From an uncultured delta proteobacterium (GTDB lineage Bacteria; Myxococcota_A; Polyangia; Fen-1088), in contig CAVYGB010000002.1 in the NCBI GenBank assembly GCA_963767925.1, positions 1,536,001-1,600,000 on the forward strand: a stretch of DNA of 64,000 nucleotides. Reading direction: 5' to 3'. The position numbers and the translations under genes were made by a program. This document shows positions 39,132 to 51,221 of this stretch, one piece after another; positions within the stretch are counted from its first letter, which is position 1, and every line of letters starts with the position of its first letter. The notes under the pieces are model-generated. The model saw only the letters and a list, made by a program, of their open reading frames with translations. It did no database searches and had not been told where the DNA came from.

Positions 39132-40845
39132 TCACGGGCAGAAGACGATGGCGTAGTCCTCGCCCTTGCACACGAAGGTGCTGGTGGGGTCGTCGTAGGC
39201 GTAGGAGTAGGCGCTGGGGCAGGCGACCTTGAAGAAGCGGGCGTAGTCGGTGGGAGGGCAGGTGGTCTCGGTGCCGAAGGCGTTCCGGCAGCAGAAGGCG
39301 TCCGTTTCGAAGGCGGTGCAGGCGCTCATGCAGCCCACCACCTTGCCGGCCGAATTGTTGAAGCGAATCTGGGCCGGGCAGATGGCGTTGAAGTCCTTGC
39401 GGCAGGTGGGGGCGCCGCAGTCGTACTGGTCCTGGCGCGCGCCCCGGGTGAAGGTGCCGGCCATCGGCACGATGGCCATCGGCAGGTTGAAGCCGTCGAC
39501 GAGGCTCACGTCGTAGGTGTCGTTGCCCGCGCCGTCGCCGAGGGTGAACTCGGCCAGGGTGACGGGCGGCTTGCCGGTCGAGCCGGGGCATCTCTCGACC
39601 GACCCGCAGGTGCCGCTCTCGCACGACCCGACCCCCGCGGCGTCGAAGCGGCAGCCGGTGCGGCCCCAGAAGCGCCCGGTCCAGCGCCCGCCCGGGACCA
39701 GCTCGGTCCGGCGCTGGCCGGCGTCGAGCCGGAAGCCGCCCCCGGCCGGGACCGGGTCGCCGTAGGCGGCTACCCAGACCGTCTCGGCGCAGCGGTTCTC
39801 GAACAGGAACTCCCGCACGCCGTTGCGCTGCCCGCCCGGCACGGTGGGCGGCGCCGGGTTCTCCGCCGCCGGCAACATCGGCGGCGGGACGTCGGGGCGG
39901 GGTGGCTGCGGGTAGCTCGGCGGGCCGCCGCTGCCCTCCCAGACCACGCCGTCGATGAAGAAGCGGGCCGGCTTGCTGGTGTCCTTCAGCGTCCAGGAGA
40001 AGGCCCCGAACACGTTGGTCCCGTAGCTGGCCCCCGCGAGCGAGATGGAATAGGGCTGCCAGGTCGGGGTGAGGGTGTGGGTCACCTCGGGCACCTGGAA
40101 CTGGTCCCGCCCCACGCCCGCGCCGAAGGTGACGGCGACCGGCTCGGGCGCGGCGGCGTAAAACGAGATGTGGGTCGCGCCGGGTGGCAAGGCCACTGCC
40201 GGCTCGTAGCCCCAGTTGGCCTCCCCCTTGTGGGGGGTGGGCGAGGCCTCGGGGTGGGGCAGCGCCAGCGTGGTCAGCAGGAAGTCGCCCACGTAGCCAC
40301 CCTCCGGGGGCAACATCCGCGCCGCCGGCGGCCGGAAGGAGAACTCCAGGCACTTGCCCCGCGCCCCGGGCGTACGCCCGCTGGTGCACAGGGCTGCCGT
40401 CGACGTGCCCGCCTCGGCGATCATCCCCGAGCCGGAGAACCGGCCGGTGATGTCGGCGTCGCCGAACCAGCCCCGGTTCTCATAGTTGTCGGTCACCACC
40501 ATGGGCAGGCCGACCGGCTTGCCGGGGGCGACGCGCGCGCCGGCCATCCGCTCCTCGGTGGGGGCGGCCGGCGGCACGACCACCGGCGGGGCGGTGCCCC
40601 CGTCGGCCACCCCGGCTGGCGGCGTGCCCGCAGATGGGCCGACCGGCGACGCCCCCGGCGATCCCCCCGGGCCCATGGTCATCGTCCCGGGCGAGCCGCC
40701 CGGCCCCGGCCCCGGCTCGTTGCCCCCGGATTCCGCCCAGCCCGACCGGGGGCGGGGGCGGGGCCTCCCGGTCCCCGGTGCGGTTGCAGCCAGCCAGGCA
40801 AACCCAGGACAGAGCGACGACGATCGAGCCCGCGCGCTTCTTCAT
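39132..40845 (-). CDS. Thaumatin-like lipoprotein (GH152-type) with an N-terminal carbohydrate-binding-like domain; one frameshift near 40.75 kb
   Basis: Lipobox LAGC in ORF 40845; NRCAETVW, WTGRFWGRTGC, TLAEFT, YDVSLVDGFNLP, CPSAYSYAYDDPTSTF, FCP. Confidence 0.9.
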
Positions 40846-40917
40846 GCCCCCTTGGGGGCCGGACGCTGGCTCGAACTTCCCGGGCCCGCGCGCGTCAGCC
40901 CGCGCCCGGCGCGCGGT

Positions 40918-41694
40918 CTACTGGTTCACGCCGCTGGCCAGGAAGCCGCCGTCGACGACGATGACCTCGCCGGTCACGAAGCTGGCGGCCTCCGAGGCGA
41001 GGAACACCGCCGCGCCGGCCAGCTCCTCGACCTTGCCGAAGCGGCCCATGGGGGTGCGCAGCTTGAACTCCTGCCCCCGGGGCGTCTCGTCGAGCAGCTT
41101 CTGGTTGAGGGCGGTGCGGAACACGCCGGGGGCGATGGCGTTGACGTTGACCCCGTGTTTGGCCCACTCGATGGCCAGCGACTTGGTCAAGGAGGCCACC
41201 GCCGCCTTGCTGGCGGCGTAGGCCGCCACCTCGTAGAGGGCCACGAAGGTGGACAGCGAGGCGATGTTGATGATGCGGCCGTAGCGGCGCTCGATCATCG
41301 ACCGGGCGAACACCTGGCAGGCGCGCAGGGTGCCGAGCAGGTTCGTGTCGATGATGCCGGCGAACTCCTCCTCGCTGACGTCGAGGCTGGGGGTGCGCTT
41401 GGTGCGGCCGGCGCAGTTGATGAGGATGTCGACCTTGCCGAGGGACTTGATCACCTCGTCGTGCAGCTTCTGCAGCGAGGCCCGGCTGCTGACGTCGCAG
41501 GTCGCGCGCACCGTCTTGCGGCCGGCGGCCTCGATGGCCTTGGCGGTCGCCTCGACCTCGGCCTCGCGGCGGGCGCTCGCCACCACGTCCGCGCCCGAAT
41601 CGCACAGGCCGTCGACAAGGGCGCGGCCGATGCCGGTCGTCCCGCCGATGACCACCGCGACCTTCCCGGAGAGATCGAACGCTTTGAAAGGCAT
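40918..41694 (-). CDS. SDR family oxidoreductase (KduD/gluconate 5-dehydrogenase-like)
   Basis: GGTTGIG, INCAG, YAASK, VNAIAPG, DGG. Confidence 0.9.
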   Translation of the reverse strand: MPFKAFDLSGKVAVVIGGTTGIGRALVDGLCDSGADVVASARREAEVEATAKAIEAAGRKTVRATCDVSSRASLQKLHDEVIKSLGKVDILINCAGRTKRTPSLDVSEEEFAGIIDTNLLGTLRACQVFARSMIERRYGRIINIASLSTFVALYEVAAYAASKAAVASLTKSLAIEWAKHGVNVNAIAPGVFRTALNQKLLDETPRGQEFKLRTPMGRFGKVEELAGAAVFLASEAASFVTGEVIVVDGGFLASGVNQ

Positions 41695-41837
41695 GGGGTT
41701 TTCATCGGCGATGAGGCGCCTCCTGGCAAGCGAAAAGCCGGCCGTGGCCCGCGGCCGCGGCCAGCGCCATCCCGTGGCGCAGGGGGGCTGCGGCGTTCCG
41801 GTCTGCTGCGCGGCGTGCAACATGTTATAGGGGCTCG

Positions 41838-42524
41838 GTGGGCCCTGGCCGTACCCTCGTCCCCGCGACCCTCCTCCTGCTGGCCGCCGCCGCCTGCGCT
41901 CCCCTGCGCGAGCGCCCCCTCCCCGCGACCGGCAACGCCGGCGGGGGCGGGACGGGCGGCGGGGCCGGGATGGCGGGAGCGGGGGGCAGCGACCCGGGCG
42001 GCATCGGCGCCGCCGGCACCTCGGGCGCGAGTGGCACCGGCGGGATACCAGGCGCCGGGGGAGCCGGTCCGGCCCCGATCGACGCCAGCCCGCCCCCGCC
42101 TCCCGTCATGCTCCCCCCGCCGCCGCCCGGCTCGTTCGACTTCCGCCCCTACCTGGGCGACTGGACCTACCTCGACGGCACCCTCGACGTGAGCTGCCCC
42201 GGCCGGGCGCCCCTCGCCGACCTGCTGGCCGGCAAGGGCTTCGGCCTGCAGCGCTCGACCGACGGTTCGCTGCTCTTCATCGACGGCGGCTGCGGCTGGA
42301 AGCTCGACACCCGCAACCCCGACGCCGCCCGCTTCGGCCGCAACGACGTCTGCACCGACACGAACCCGGACGGCACCACCATCACCTTGATCGTGATCGC
42401 CGGGGAGGTCGTCCCCGCGGGCGACCGGCTGATCCTGAACCTCGAGGCGAACATCACCTCTGCGACGCTGCCCGCCGGCTGCATCCTCAAGGCGCTCGGC
42501 ACCGCCGCCCGCGACGCCTACTGA
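41838..42524 (+). CDS. Hypothetical lipoprotein
   Basis: Lipobox AAAC, Gly/Pro linker, beta-rich domain with 4 Cys. Confidence 0.7.
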   Translation: MGPGRTLVPATLLLLAAAACAPLRERPLPATGNAGGGGTGGGAGMAGAGGSDPGGIGAAGTSGASGTGGIPGAGGAGPAPIDASPPPPPVMLPPPPPGSFDFRPYLGDWTYLDGTLDVSCPGRAPLADLLAGKGFGLQRSTDGSLLFIDGGCGWKLDTRNPDAARFGRNDVCTDTNPDGTTITLIVIAGEVVPAGDRLILNLEANITSATLPAGCILKALGTAARDAY

Positions 42525-42844
42525 GGCTGGCCAGGGACTGTTTTCGAGTAGTCGGGTTCCCTCGCTTCGCTCGGCCCCGACTGGCCCCATTGGCGCTTGC
42601 GGGCCTTCTTGCGCGCTGGCACCGGTCAGACTCCGCCCACCTCCGCGCTCGTCCCGTCGCTGACGAGCCACCGCTGCTCCTGGCGTGATGGCCATGTGGG
42701 TCCTGGAGGCTCCGATGGGGGGTTGGTCCACCTTTGACGACCTTGGCGCGGGCTCGGCCTGGCCTGGCCAGGCCTATTGGGCCGTTCAATTTAGGTGTTT
42801 TTTGTTACATCCGATTGAAATGGGTATTGACCGAGGGAAGGGGA

Positions 42845-44506
42845 ATGCGGCGGAAACTACTCGGCTTACTGGGACTCCTGGCGGCGGGCGCTGCGTGCGC
42901 CGTGGGAGAGATCGAACCCAGCGCGAACCTCGGCGTTTCACTCGCCGGCGGGACCGGCGGAAACCTCGGGAACGGGGGGGCGGGCGGCGACGTCGCCATG
43001 GACACCAATCCGCCGGTGGCCGAGCCAGCTCGATGTGCGGCCAAGGGGCGCGCGACCCTCTCGGTGGAGGAACAGGATCAGCTCGTCGCGGCCATCACCT
43101 GCGAACCGCCCCTGGCCATGGGGCAGGCGCTGCAGCTCGCTGCCCTGCCGCGCGGGCCGACGTTCGACGCCGCTACCGGCGAGCTGCGCTGGAGGCCGGC
43201 GCTGGATCAGGCCGGATCGTACCACCTGTTGCTGTCGGTGGCTGGCGCCGAGATGGGCGCGGTGGACGTGGCAGTGATCGATCGCTTCGACCATGTCGAC
43301 AACGTCGCCATCGCCGACCCGACCATTTACCACGAGGAGATGGGAGTTCCGGTCTTCCACCTGACCATCAGCGATGGCATCCACGACGATGACTACACCC
43401 CGGCGACGGTTGTCTATCGCGGCCACACCTACAGCGCCGAGGCCAAATACCGAGGTAGGTCTTCGAGCGAATATCCCAAGCGCAGCTATACCCTGAAATT
43501 TTCCAAGGAGGACAAGTTCCACGAACCGGCGCTGGTCAGCGGTTTCAAGTCCAAGCGCAAGCTGGTGCTGATCGCCGACTTCGACGACAACTCGCACGTG
43601 CGGCAGCGTCTGGCCTTCGCGCTGTGGAACCGGCTGGGCGCCGGGCGGATCAAGATCCAGACCTTCAGCGCGGCGATCTACGTCAACGGCAACTATGCTG
43701 GATTGTACACGGTCACCGACCTCATCGACGGCAACCTCATGGAGGAGCACGGTCTGGACGAGGACGGCAACCTCTACAAGGGCGTCACGCCCGAGGCGAA
43801 CTTCTTCCCCGGTGACTCGCTCGGTGCGCAATACGAGAAGAAGGAGGGCCTCCCGCTCGCCGGCGATCCCGGTGCCTTCGACGACTTGGCCGCCTTGGAC
43901 TTCATGGTGAACGCCCCCAACGAGGAGTTCCAGAGTCGGCTCCCCGAGCTGCTGGACCTGGCCGACTACCGGGCCTGGCTGACCCTGGTGACCTTGATTC
44001 AGGCGCGGGACACGCTGGGAAAGAACACCTATCACTACCACAGTCCCGCTGCCGGTCTCTGGCGCACGGTTCCCTGGGACTTCAATCATTCCTTCGGGCA
44101 GAGCTGGCTTACCACCCGGACGAGCCCGATCTTCTTCGGCGTCGGCGACATGGTCGACTACAACCGCTTGCTACAGCGTCTGTTCCGCGACCCGTTGTTC
44201 GGCCCCGTCACGGTCGCCCGCTACCAGATGGCCATGGCCACCGAGATCCCGGTGGCCACGGTGCTGTCCCTGGTCGACTCCCTCACCGCCGAGGTGGCCC
44301 CCGCCGCCCGCCGCGACCAGCGCAAATGGCGTCAGGCCTACGAGGAGTTCGAGCGCTGGTTCGGCCGCGCCGACTTCACTGACTTCGATGGCGAGATCGC
44401 CTACCTGAAGTCGTGGATTCCCCAGCGCTGGTCCACCCTCACGCGTGAGCTGGAGGCGGCGGCCGAGGCGTGGGTCGCATCCGCCCCCGTCGAGCTCGCT
44501 CCCTGA
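42845..44506 (+). CDS. CotH kinase family lipoprotein with a putative Ig-like domain
   Basis: Lipobox GAAC, LPRGPTFD...LRWRP, YRGRSS, KRSYTLKF, YAGLY, NTYHY, VPWDFN. Confidence 0.88.
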   Translation: MRRKLLGLLGLLAAGAACAVGEIEPSANLGVSLAGGTGGNLGNGGAGGDVAMDTNPPVAEPARCAAKGRATLSVEEQDQLVAAITCEPPLAMGQALQLAALPRGPTFDAATGELRWRPALDQAGSYHLLLSVAGAEMGAVDVAVIDRFDHVDNVAIADPTIYHEEMGVPVFHLTISDGIHDDDYTPATVVYRGHTYSAEAKYRGRSSSEYPKRSYTLKFSKEDKFHEPALVSGFKSKRKLVLIADFDDNSHVRQRLAFALWNRLGAGRIKIQTFSAAIYVNGNYAGLYTVTDLIDGNLMEEHGLDEDGNLYKGVTPEANFFPGDSLGAQYEKKEGLPLAGDPGAFDDLAALDFMVNAPNEEFQSRLPELLDLADYRAWLTLVTLIQARDTLGKNTYHYHSPAAGLWRTVPWDFNHSFGQSWLTTRTSPIFFGVGDMVDYNRLLQRLFRDPLFGPVTVARYQMAMATEIPVATVLSLVDSLTAEVAPAARRDQRKWRQAYEEFERWFGRADFTDFDGEIAYLKSWIPQRWSTLTRELEAAAEAWVASAPVELAP

Positions 44507-44834
44507 CCGCGCGGCGCAACCCCCCCCGAACACAGCCGACCAGTGGTGGTTCGCCTCGCCGGCGGACGTGAGGAACGATTCGACGGCGGCGAACCTCCTG
44601 CTCACAGTCGGCGTAGTCGTAGCCTTGGGAATCCAAACGCGCGTGCGCTCCCAAACCTCTTCGGGGATGTCTTCGAATTGTGCCGTCATGGACAGTAGAG
44701 ATCACGACCTGACGGGCTCGGCAAATTTTCGCTTGAATTGGCACTCGCGCACCGTCGGCTGCAGCCACTGCGATGTCCCGGTCGCTGGTCTGGTCGGGCG
44801 CAACCAAGCCCCAACCGCCGCCGATAACCTGGTC

Positions 44835-45173
44835 ATGTCGCCGGGCCCCGCACTTTTGACCATCATCGGCTCGACGCTTTCTGCGTGGCCCGCGATGCTC
44901 TACGCTTGGGCGACGCTCTTGCGCGGAGAATGCCACGCGGGTATGCGACGTTGCAGGACCAGCTTCGGCGCGCGCTGTTGTCGGCATACCTGGGCATCGC
45001 CGAGGCATCCAGCCGAACGGGCGCCGACAGGATCTCACGGTTCCGCACCGCCAGAGGCGGTTGCAATCCTGGGACTTGCTCCCGATGCCGAGATCGAAGC
45101 GGTGATGTCTCTGCTCGACCGGCTGTGCGCGATGCTCACTCGGCTCGCCGGCATGCACCGCCACCAACCCTGA
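44835..45173 (+). pseudogene. Four helix bundle protein, decayed (5' frameshift and internal deletion)
   Basis: FDHHRLDAF, LQDQLRRALLSAYLGIAEA, RFRTARG, then a frame change to AVAILGL...LLDRLCAMLTRL. The E-C/A-A-A segment is missing. Confidence 0.8.
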
Positions 45174-45196
45174 TGACTGCCGAGGCTGCCGTGGTC

Positions 45197-45369
45197 GTGC
45201 TCGTGTGCGAGCGCGTGTTCGAGTTCGTGTCCGTGTGTGGTGAGCGTGTTCGGCCCGCGGGCCTCGGCTCGCGTGATTTACGCGCACCGAGAGCCGCCTG
45301 GCCGCTCAACGCTCGCCCCACACGAACTCGAAACACGAACACGGGCTCGAACACGCCCACGAGCACGCG
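45197..45369. repeat. Long imperfect hairpin built from CG(T/A)G(T/C)(T/C)-type hexamers
   Basis: CGTGCTCGTG...GTTCGAGTTCGTGT...GAGCGT (45197-45250) pairs with ACGCTC...ACACGAACTCGAA...CACGAGCACG (45310-45369). Confidence 0.8.
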
Positions 45370-45434
45370 TCCCGGCCTCGATACCTCGTTTCGCCCATCG
45401 GCGCAAATTCTCCACAGGTTTCAGCGGCTGGCTC

Positions 45435-46388
45435 TTAGCCGGGCTGGCGGGCCCGGACCTTGGCCTCGAGGCGCTCGAGGATGTTGGTCTCGTGGTGGGC
45501 GTTGTACAGGGTGTTGGCCTCGAGGATGCCGGTCGGGCTGGTGACGTTGATCTCCGTGAGCCAGCCGCCGATGACGTCGAGCCCGACCAGGAAAAAGCCG
45601 TTGTCCCGCAGGTGGGGGGCCACCACGTCGATGATGGCCTTGTCGCGATCGTCGAGCGTGGTCGGCATGGGGCGGGCGCCCACGTGCAGGTTGCCGCGGG
45701 CGTCGTCGGGGGCGGGCACGCGCAGCACCGCGCACAGGGGCTCGCCGTCCACCAGGAAGATGCGCTTGTCGCCCTTGCGCACCTCGGGCAGGTAGCGCTG
45801 GGCGACGGTCCAGCGGCGCCCCAGGTTGGTGGCCTGCTCGAGGATCGATCCGGTGTTGGGGTCGCCCTGCCGGACGTGGAACACCCCGAAGCCGCCCGAG
45901 GCGTCGAGCGGCTTGATCACCATCTCGCCCCCCTGCTCGGCCAGGAACGAGCGCAGCCGGCTCGCCTCCCGGGTCACGATCATGGGGGGTGTCAGCTTGG
46001 GGAAGCTCAGCACCGCGAGCTTCTCGTTCGATTCGCGCAGGCCGCGCGGATCGTTGATGAGCAGGGTCTTGCCCCGCGCCCGCTCGAGCAGCAGCGTCCC
46101 GAAGTAGTAGTCGAGATCGAACGGGGGGTCCTTGCGCATCAGGACCGCGTCGAAGTCGTCGAGGTACACCTGGGCCTGGGGCCCCAGCAGGAAGTGGTCG
46201 CCCGGGATGGGCCGCACCGTGACCTGCCAGGCCGCTGCTCCGGCCCGATCGTGCTCGAGCCCCAGGTGGCGGGGCTCGCAGAACCAGTTCTCGTGCCCGC
46301 GGCTCTGGGCCTCGAGCATGATCGCGAAGGTGGTGTCCCCGGCGATCTGAATCCGGGAGAGCGGATCCATCACGAACAGCAGCTTCAT
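45435..46388 (-). CDS. gshB: Glutathione synthetase
   Basis: FVMDP, DTTFA, MRKDPPFD, NEKL, KPL, GDKRI, RGNLHVG, GLDVIG, EINVTSPTG. Confidence 0.97.
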   Translation of the reverse strand: MKLLFVMDPLSRIQIAGDTTFAIMLEAQSRGHENWFCEPRHLGLEHDRAGAAAWQVTVRPIPGDHFLLGPQAQVYLDDFDAVLMRKDPPFDLDYYFGTLLLERARGKTLLINDPRGLRESNEKLAVLSFPKLTPPMIVTREASRLRSFLAEQGGEMVIKPLDASGGFGVFHVRQGDPNTGSILEQATNLGRRWTVAQRYLPEVRKGDKRIFLVDGEPLCAVLRVPAPDDARGNLHVGARPMPTTLDDRDKAIIDVVAPHLRDNGFFLVGLDVIGGWLTEINVTSPTGILEANTLYNAHHETNILERLEAKVRARQPG

Positions 46389-46593
46389 GTTGCGATCTTA
46401 CCCGGATTTTCCCGGTCGGCGACAGGCGCGCGCGCATTCTCCGCTCAGGGGCGAACCGCCCGCGCGACCGGCGCGTCCGGGCATCGTCACCGGCATGGTC
46501 CGGGCGCCAGCAGGTTCCGTGCCGCTGATCGCGCCCGGGTGTGCGATTCGCTCGGGCGCCGGGCCATCACCTCTCCCGCAAGGCGCCAGCCAT

Positions 46594-46722
46594 TCACCTC
46601 TCCCCGCGGTCTGCCGTGGGGAGAGGTCGGCGCGTCTGCGCGCCGGGTGAGGGGCCTCCGGCGTGGCAACCGCCCCTCACCCTCCCCTCTCCCCACGGCA
46701 GACTGCGGGGAGAGGGCAAACA
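46594..46722. repeat. Composite REP element, type B
   Basis: Near-identical to 14187-14316. Confidence 0.92.
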
Positions 46723-46753
46723 GGCAGCGGGGCGCTGACGGAACAGGCGCCGT

Positions 46754-48317
<1,564 letters not shown>

Positions 48318-48408
48318 GCCAGGCACGGTACCACGGATGACCGCGCTGTCAGAGTCCGGTCAAGGAACCGGCGGCGGCCTCCGATGAACCGGTCGGGGGT
48401 CCATCTCC

Positions 48409-49191
48409 ATGAAGCGAAGGCAACTCCGCGCATCCCTGCTGCCTCTGTCGGTCGCCTTCGCGCTGGGGGCCTGCGCGAAGAACAACGCGCACGGGGTGTG
48501 GGACTCGGCCGCCATGACCTGGGAGGCGGCGCCTCCCCGCGAGATCATCGACGGCGGAGGGGAGGGCGGCGGCGGCACCGTCGATCCCGGTGGGATGATG
48601 CGCAGCTTCACCAAGGTGTGCAAGGAGACCGACGAGCCCTGGTGCTGTTACGACGGCGAGACCCTCTATGGGATCCCGCTCTGCTCCTGGAAGGGGATGG
48701 TGACCGGCAGCTCGGTGACCTTCGACACCGCCTACCGGGAGGACGAGAAGGTGACCCTGCCCGACCCGGTCACCCTCATCAGCCCCACGCCCGACCGCTG
48801 GACGTCGGCGGAGGATTGCGCCGACAAGGCGGTCGGCTTCGTGCTCCAGGGCAAGGGCATGCGCGAAGGGTCCCTGGGGAGCACCATCTCCTATTATTAC
48901 GTCAGAGCCAGCGGCAACTGGCGCGCGGGGGGGGGCGGGGCCACCGCCGGCCTCGTCGTCGGCAGCAACAGCGATCCCGCCGCTCGGGGGGACGCTGCCC
49001 CCGGCTCGCTCCCGCCGCTCGTGGACAAGCTCGACGCCGAAAAGTGCGCGGGCGACGCCGAGTACATCGCCAACGTCGTGATGTTCGACTCGGTCAGCTT
49101 CGAGCTCGACGGGGTGAAATACGAGGCCGATTTCAGGCGCGACGAAGGCGCGACCAAGGCCTACTACGTCCGCATCGACCGCGGGTATTGA
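48409..49191 (+). CDS. Hypothetical lipoprotein
   Basis: Lipobox LGAC; high-GC3 coding pattern; several Cys. Confidence 0.72.
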   Translation: MKRRQLRASLLPLSVAFALGACAKNNAHGVWDSAAMTWEAAPPREIIDGGGEGGGGTVDPGGMMRSFTKVCKETDEPWCCYDGETLYGIPLCSWKGMVTGSSVTFDTAYREDEKVTLPDPVTLISPTPDRWTSAEDCADKAVGFVLQGKGMREGSLGSTISYYYVRASGNWRAGGGGATAGLVVGSNSDPAARGDAAPGSLPPLVDKLDAEKCAGDAEYIANVVMFDSVSFELDGVKYEADFRRDEGATKAYYVRIDRGY

Positions 49192-49351
49192 GGGCAGGGC
49201 GCCCGGCCCGGGTCCCCTTCACGGAAACAGGAGCGGGAACGGGGATGGGACTATCTCCTCGAGCGATCCAGGTCGGGGGGGCCTGAAGCCGGGCAATGCT
49301 GATTTGAGGACCCCCGAGAGCGGCGCTAGGATGGGGCTTCAGGAGGTTGGC

Positions 49352-49744
49352 GTGACAGAAAGACACGGGCTCGTATTCGTCGTGGACGACGACGACGACA
49401 TTCGGGAGAGCCTCGAGGTGCTGCTGCGGCTCCACGGCTACCACGTGGCGACCGCGGCCGACGGGGCCGAGGCGCTGCAACGCTTGCGGGCCCTCTCGAC
49501 GTTGCCTTGTTTGATCCTGCTCGACCTGATGATGCCCGGCATGAACGGCTTCGAGCTGCGCACCGCCATGGACGAGAGCCAGGAGCTGGCCCGCATCCCC
49601 GTCGTCGTGATCACCGGCGCGGGCGCGCTGGTGGCCGAGCGCGCGACGGCGATGCGGCTCGATGTCCTCCGCAAGCCGTTCGAGCCGCTGACCCTGCTGC
49701 AGACCGTGCGCCGGTTCTGCGCCGGCCAGACCGCGAGCGCCTGA
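49352..49744 (+). CDS. Single-domain response regulator (CheY-like)
   Basis: AGGAGG RBS, VVDDD, LLDLMMP, ITG, RKPF. Confidence 0.9.
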   Translation: MTERHGLVFVVDDDDDIRESLEVLLRLHGYHVATAADGAEALQRLRALSTLPCLILLDLMMPGMNGFELRTAMDESQELARIPVVVITGAGALVAERATAMRLDVLRKPFEPLTLLQTVRRFCAGQTASA

Positions 49745-49968
49745 AGCCTCCTTCACCCGACATGTCGGATGCGCGGCAGTCGCGCGAGGCCGCGTGATTT
49801 TTGCGCTCGGTCGTGGAGAGGATGCGACAATCGCCCTCTGACGATCGCCGTCTGATAATCGCCGTTTCGACACTTGTCGTTTGTCTGGGGCCGCGCGCGC
49901 TCGGCGGCTGCGCCGCGATCACCCCTCGGAGGTCGACGTTGAATGGCTTAGGTTGTTCCGGGCGCAAG

Positions 49969-50943
49969 TTGCCCGCGCTGGTTGCCTGTCTGTATCTGAT
50001 CACGCCCGCTGCCTGCCGGAAGGAGCTGGTCTACACCGGCGCCTACAGCGAGCCGAACGGCCCCGGTGATCCCGGCCCGGGCGGCGCCAGCGTGCCGAGC
50101 GGCAGCGCGGGCGCGGGCGGCGGAATGGCGGGCGCGGCGCCCCCGCCGATGGGGGGCGCTGCTCCGCCCGACGCCCGTCCGGGTGGCAGCGGCGGCGGTG
50201 GCCGCGGCGGAACCGCCGGGGTGCCGCCGGGCACGGGCGGGGTGGGGGGCGCCGCAGGCGCCGGTCCGACCCCGATCCCTGCCGACGCCGCCGTCGACGT
50301 CGATCCGCCCCCACCCGCCGACGCCGCGCCGGCGGCCCGGCAGGCCCTGCTGGTGGTGGGGCAGGCGCAGCTCATCGCCACCGACAGCGCCGTGCTGGCC
50401 CGGCTGCGCGCCCGGCTGATGGACGTGCAGGTCCTCCCCGAAGCCGACGGCGACGCCGAAGACGCCGCCGGCAAGGCGCTTGTCGTGATCACCTCCAGCG
50501 CGAGCACGGCCGGCACCAGCAGCAAGTTCCGCGACGTGACCGTCCCGGTGATCCTGCTCGAGCCCAACCTGATGGGCCTCATGCGCATGACCGCCGACCC
50601 CGCGACCGCCCACGGCGCCACCGACCGCACCGAGACCGAGGTCGACCTCATCGACGCCACCCACCCGCTGGCTGCCGGCCTCAGCGGCGCGGTCCGGGTC
50701 TACCAGAACCCCTGGCGCCTCACCTGGGGCATCCCCGCCAGCGCCGCCATCCGCGTCGCCACCGTCGTCGACGACCCCACCCGCACGGTCATCTTCGCGT
50801 ACCCCGCCGGCGCCCCCATGGTCACCGGCACCGCACCCGCCAAGCGCGTCGCCTTCTTCCTCCACGACAACCCCACCGCCAACCTCACCCCCCAGGCCGA
50901 ATCCCTCCTCGACGCCGCCATCGACTGGTCGACCGCCCCCTGA
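49969..50943 (+). CDS. Hypothetical lipoprotein (Gly/Pro linker plus an alpha/beta domain); start uncertain
   Basis: PAAC lipobox-like motif, ALLVVG, HPLAAGL, LLDAAIDW. Confidence 0.65.
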   Translation: MPALVACLYLITPAACRKELVYTGAYSEPNGPGDPGPGGASVPSGSAGAGGGMAGAAPPPMGGAAPPDARPGGSGGGGRGGTAGVPPGTGGVGGAAGAGPTPIPADAAVDVDPPPPADAAPAARQALLVVGQAQLIATDSAVLARLRARLMDVQVLPEADGDAEDAAGKALVVITSSASTAGTSSKFRDVTVPVILLEPNLMGLMRMTADPATAHGATDRTETEVDLIDATHPLAAGLSGAVRVYQNPWRLTWGIPASAAIRVATVVDDPTRTVIFAYPAGAPMVTGTAPAKRVAFFLHDNPTANLTPQAESLLDAAIDWSTAP

Positions 50944-50971
50944 CCGCGTTCAGGCCAGCGGCACGCCGGAG

Positions 50972-51187
50972 CCCCCTCACCCCTCCCTCTCCCCGCTGCC
51001 GCGGGGCGAGGGCGAACACCTTGCGAGTCCACGACCAGCGTCCGAGCGGGGGCCGGTTGTCCGGACACTTGCGAGTGGCTTCGACTTTCCCAGCGGGGAT
51101 CCTCCGGCGCTCGAGGGAGGTTTCGGCTCCCCGCTGCCCGTTCGCCCTCGCCCCGCGGCAGCGGGGAGAGGGATAGGGGTGAGGGGG
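50972..51187. repeat. Inverted pair of type A REPs (50972-51017 and 51140-51187) around about 120 bp of unique sequence
   Basis: Both arms match the consensus; lies between convergent genes. Confidence 0.88.
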
Positions 51188-51221
51188 CTGCCTCGGAGGT
51201 CGGCTCCCGCTCGGGGGAGGG

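Noticed and set aside
44507..44830. Small minus-strand ORF (44171-44689) or integron-like cassette
   Set aside because: It overlaps the CotH gene, has no recognisable motif, and no attC-like site was found.
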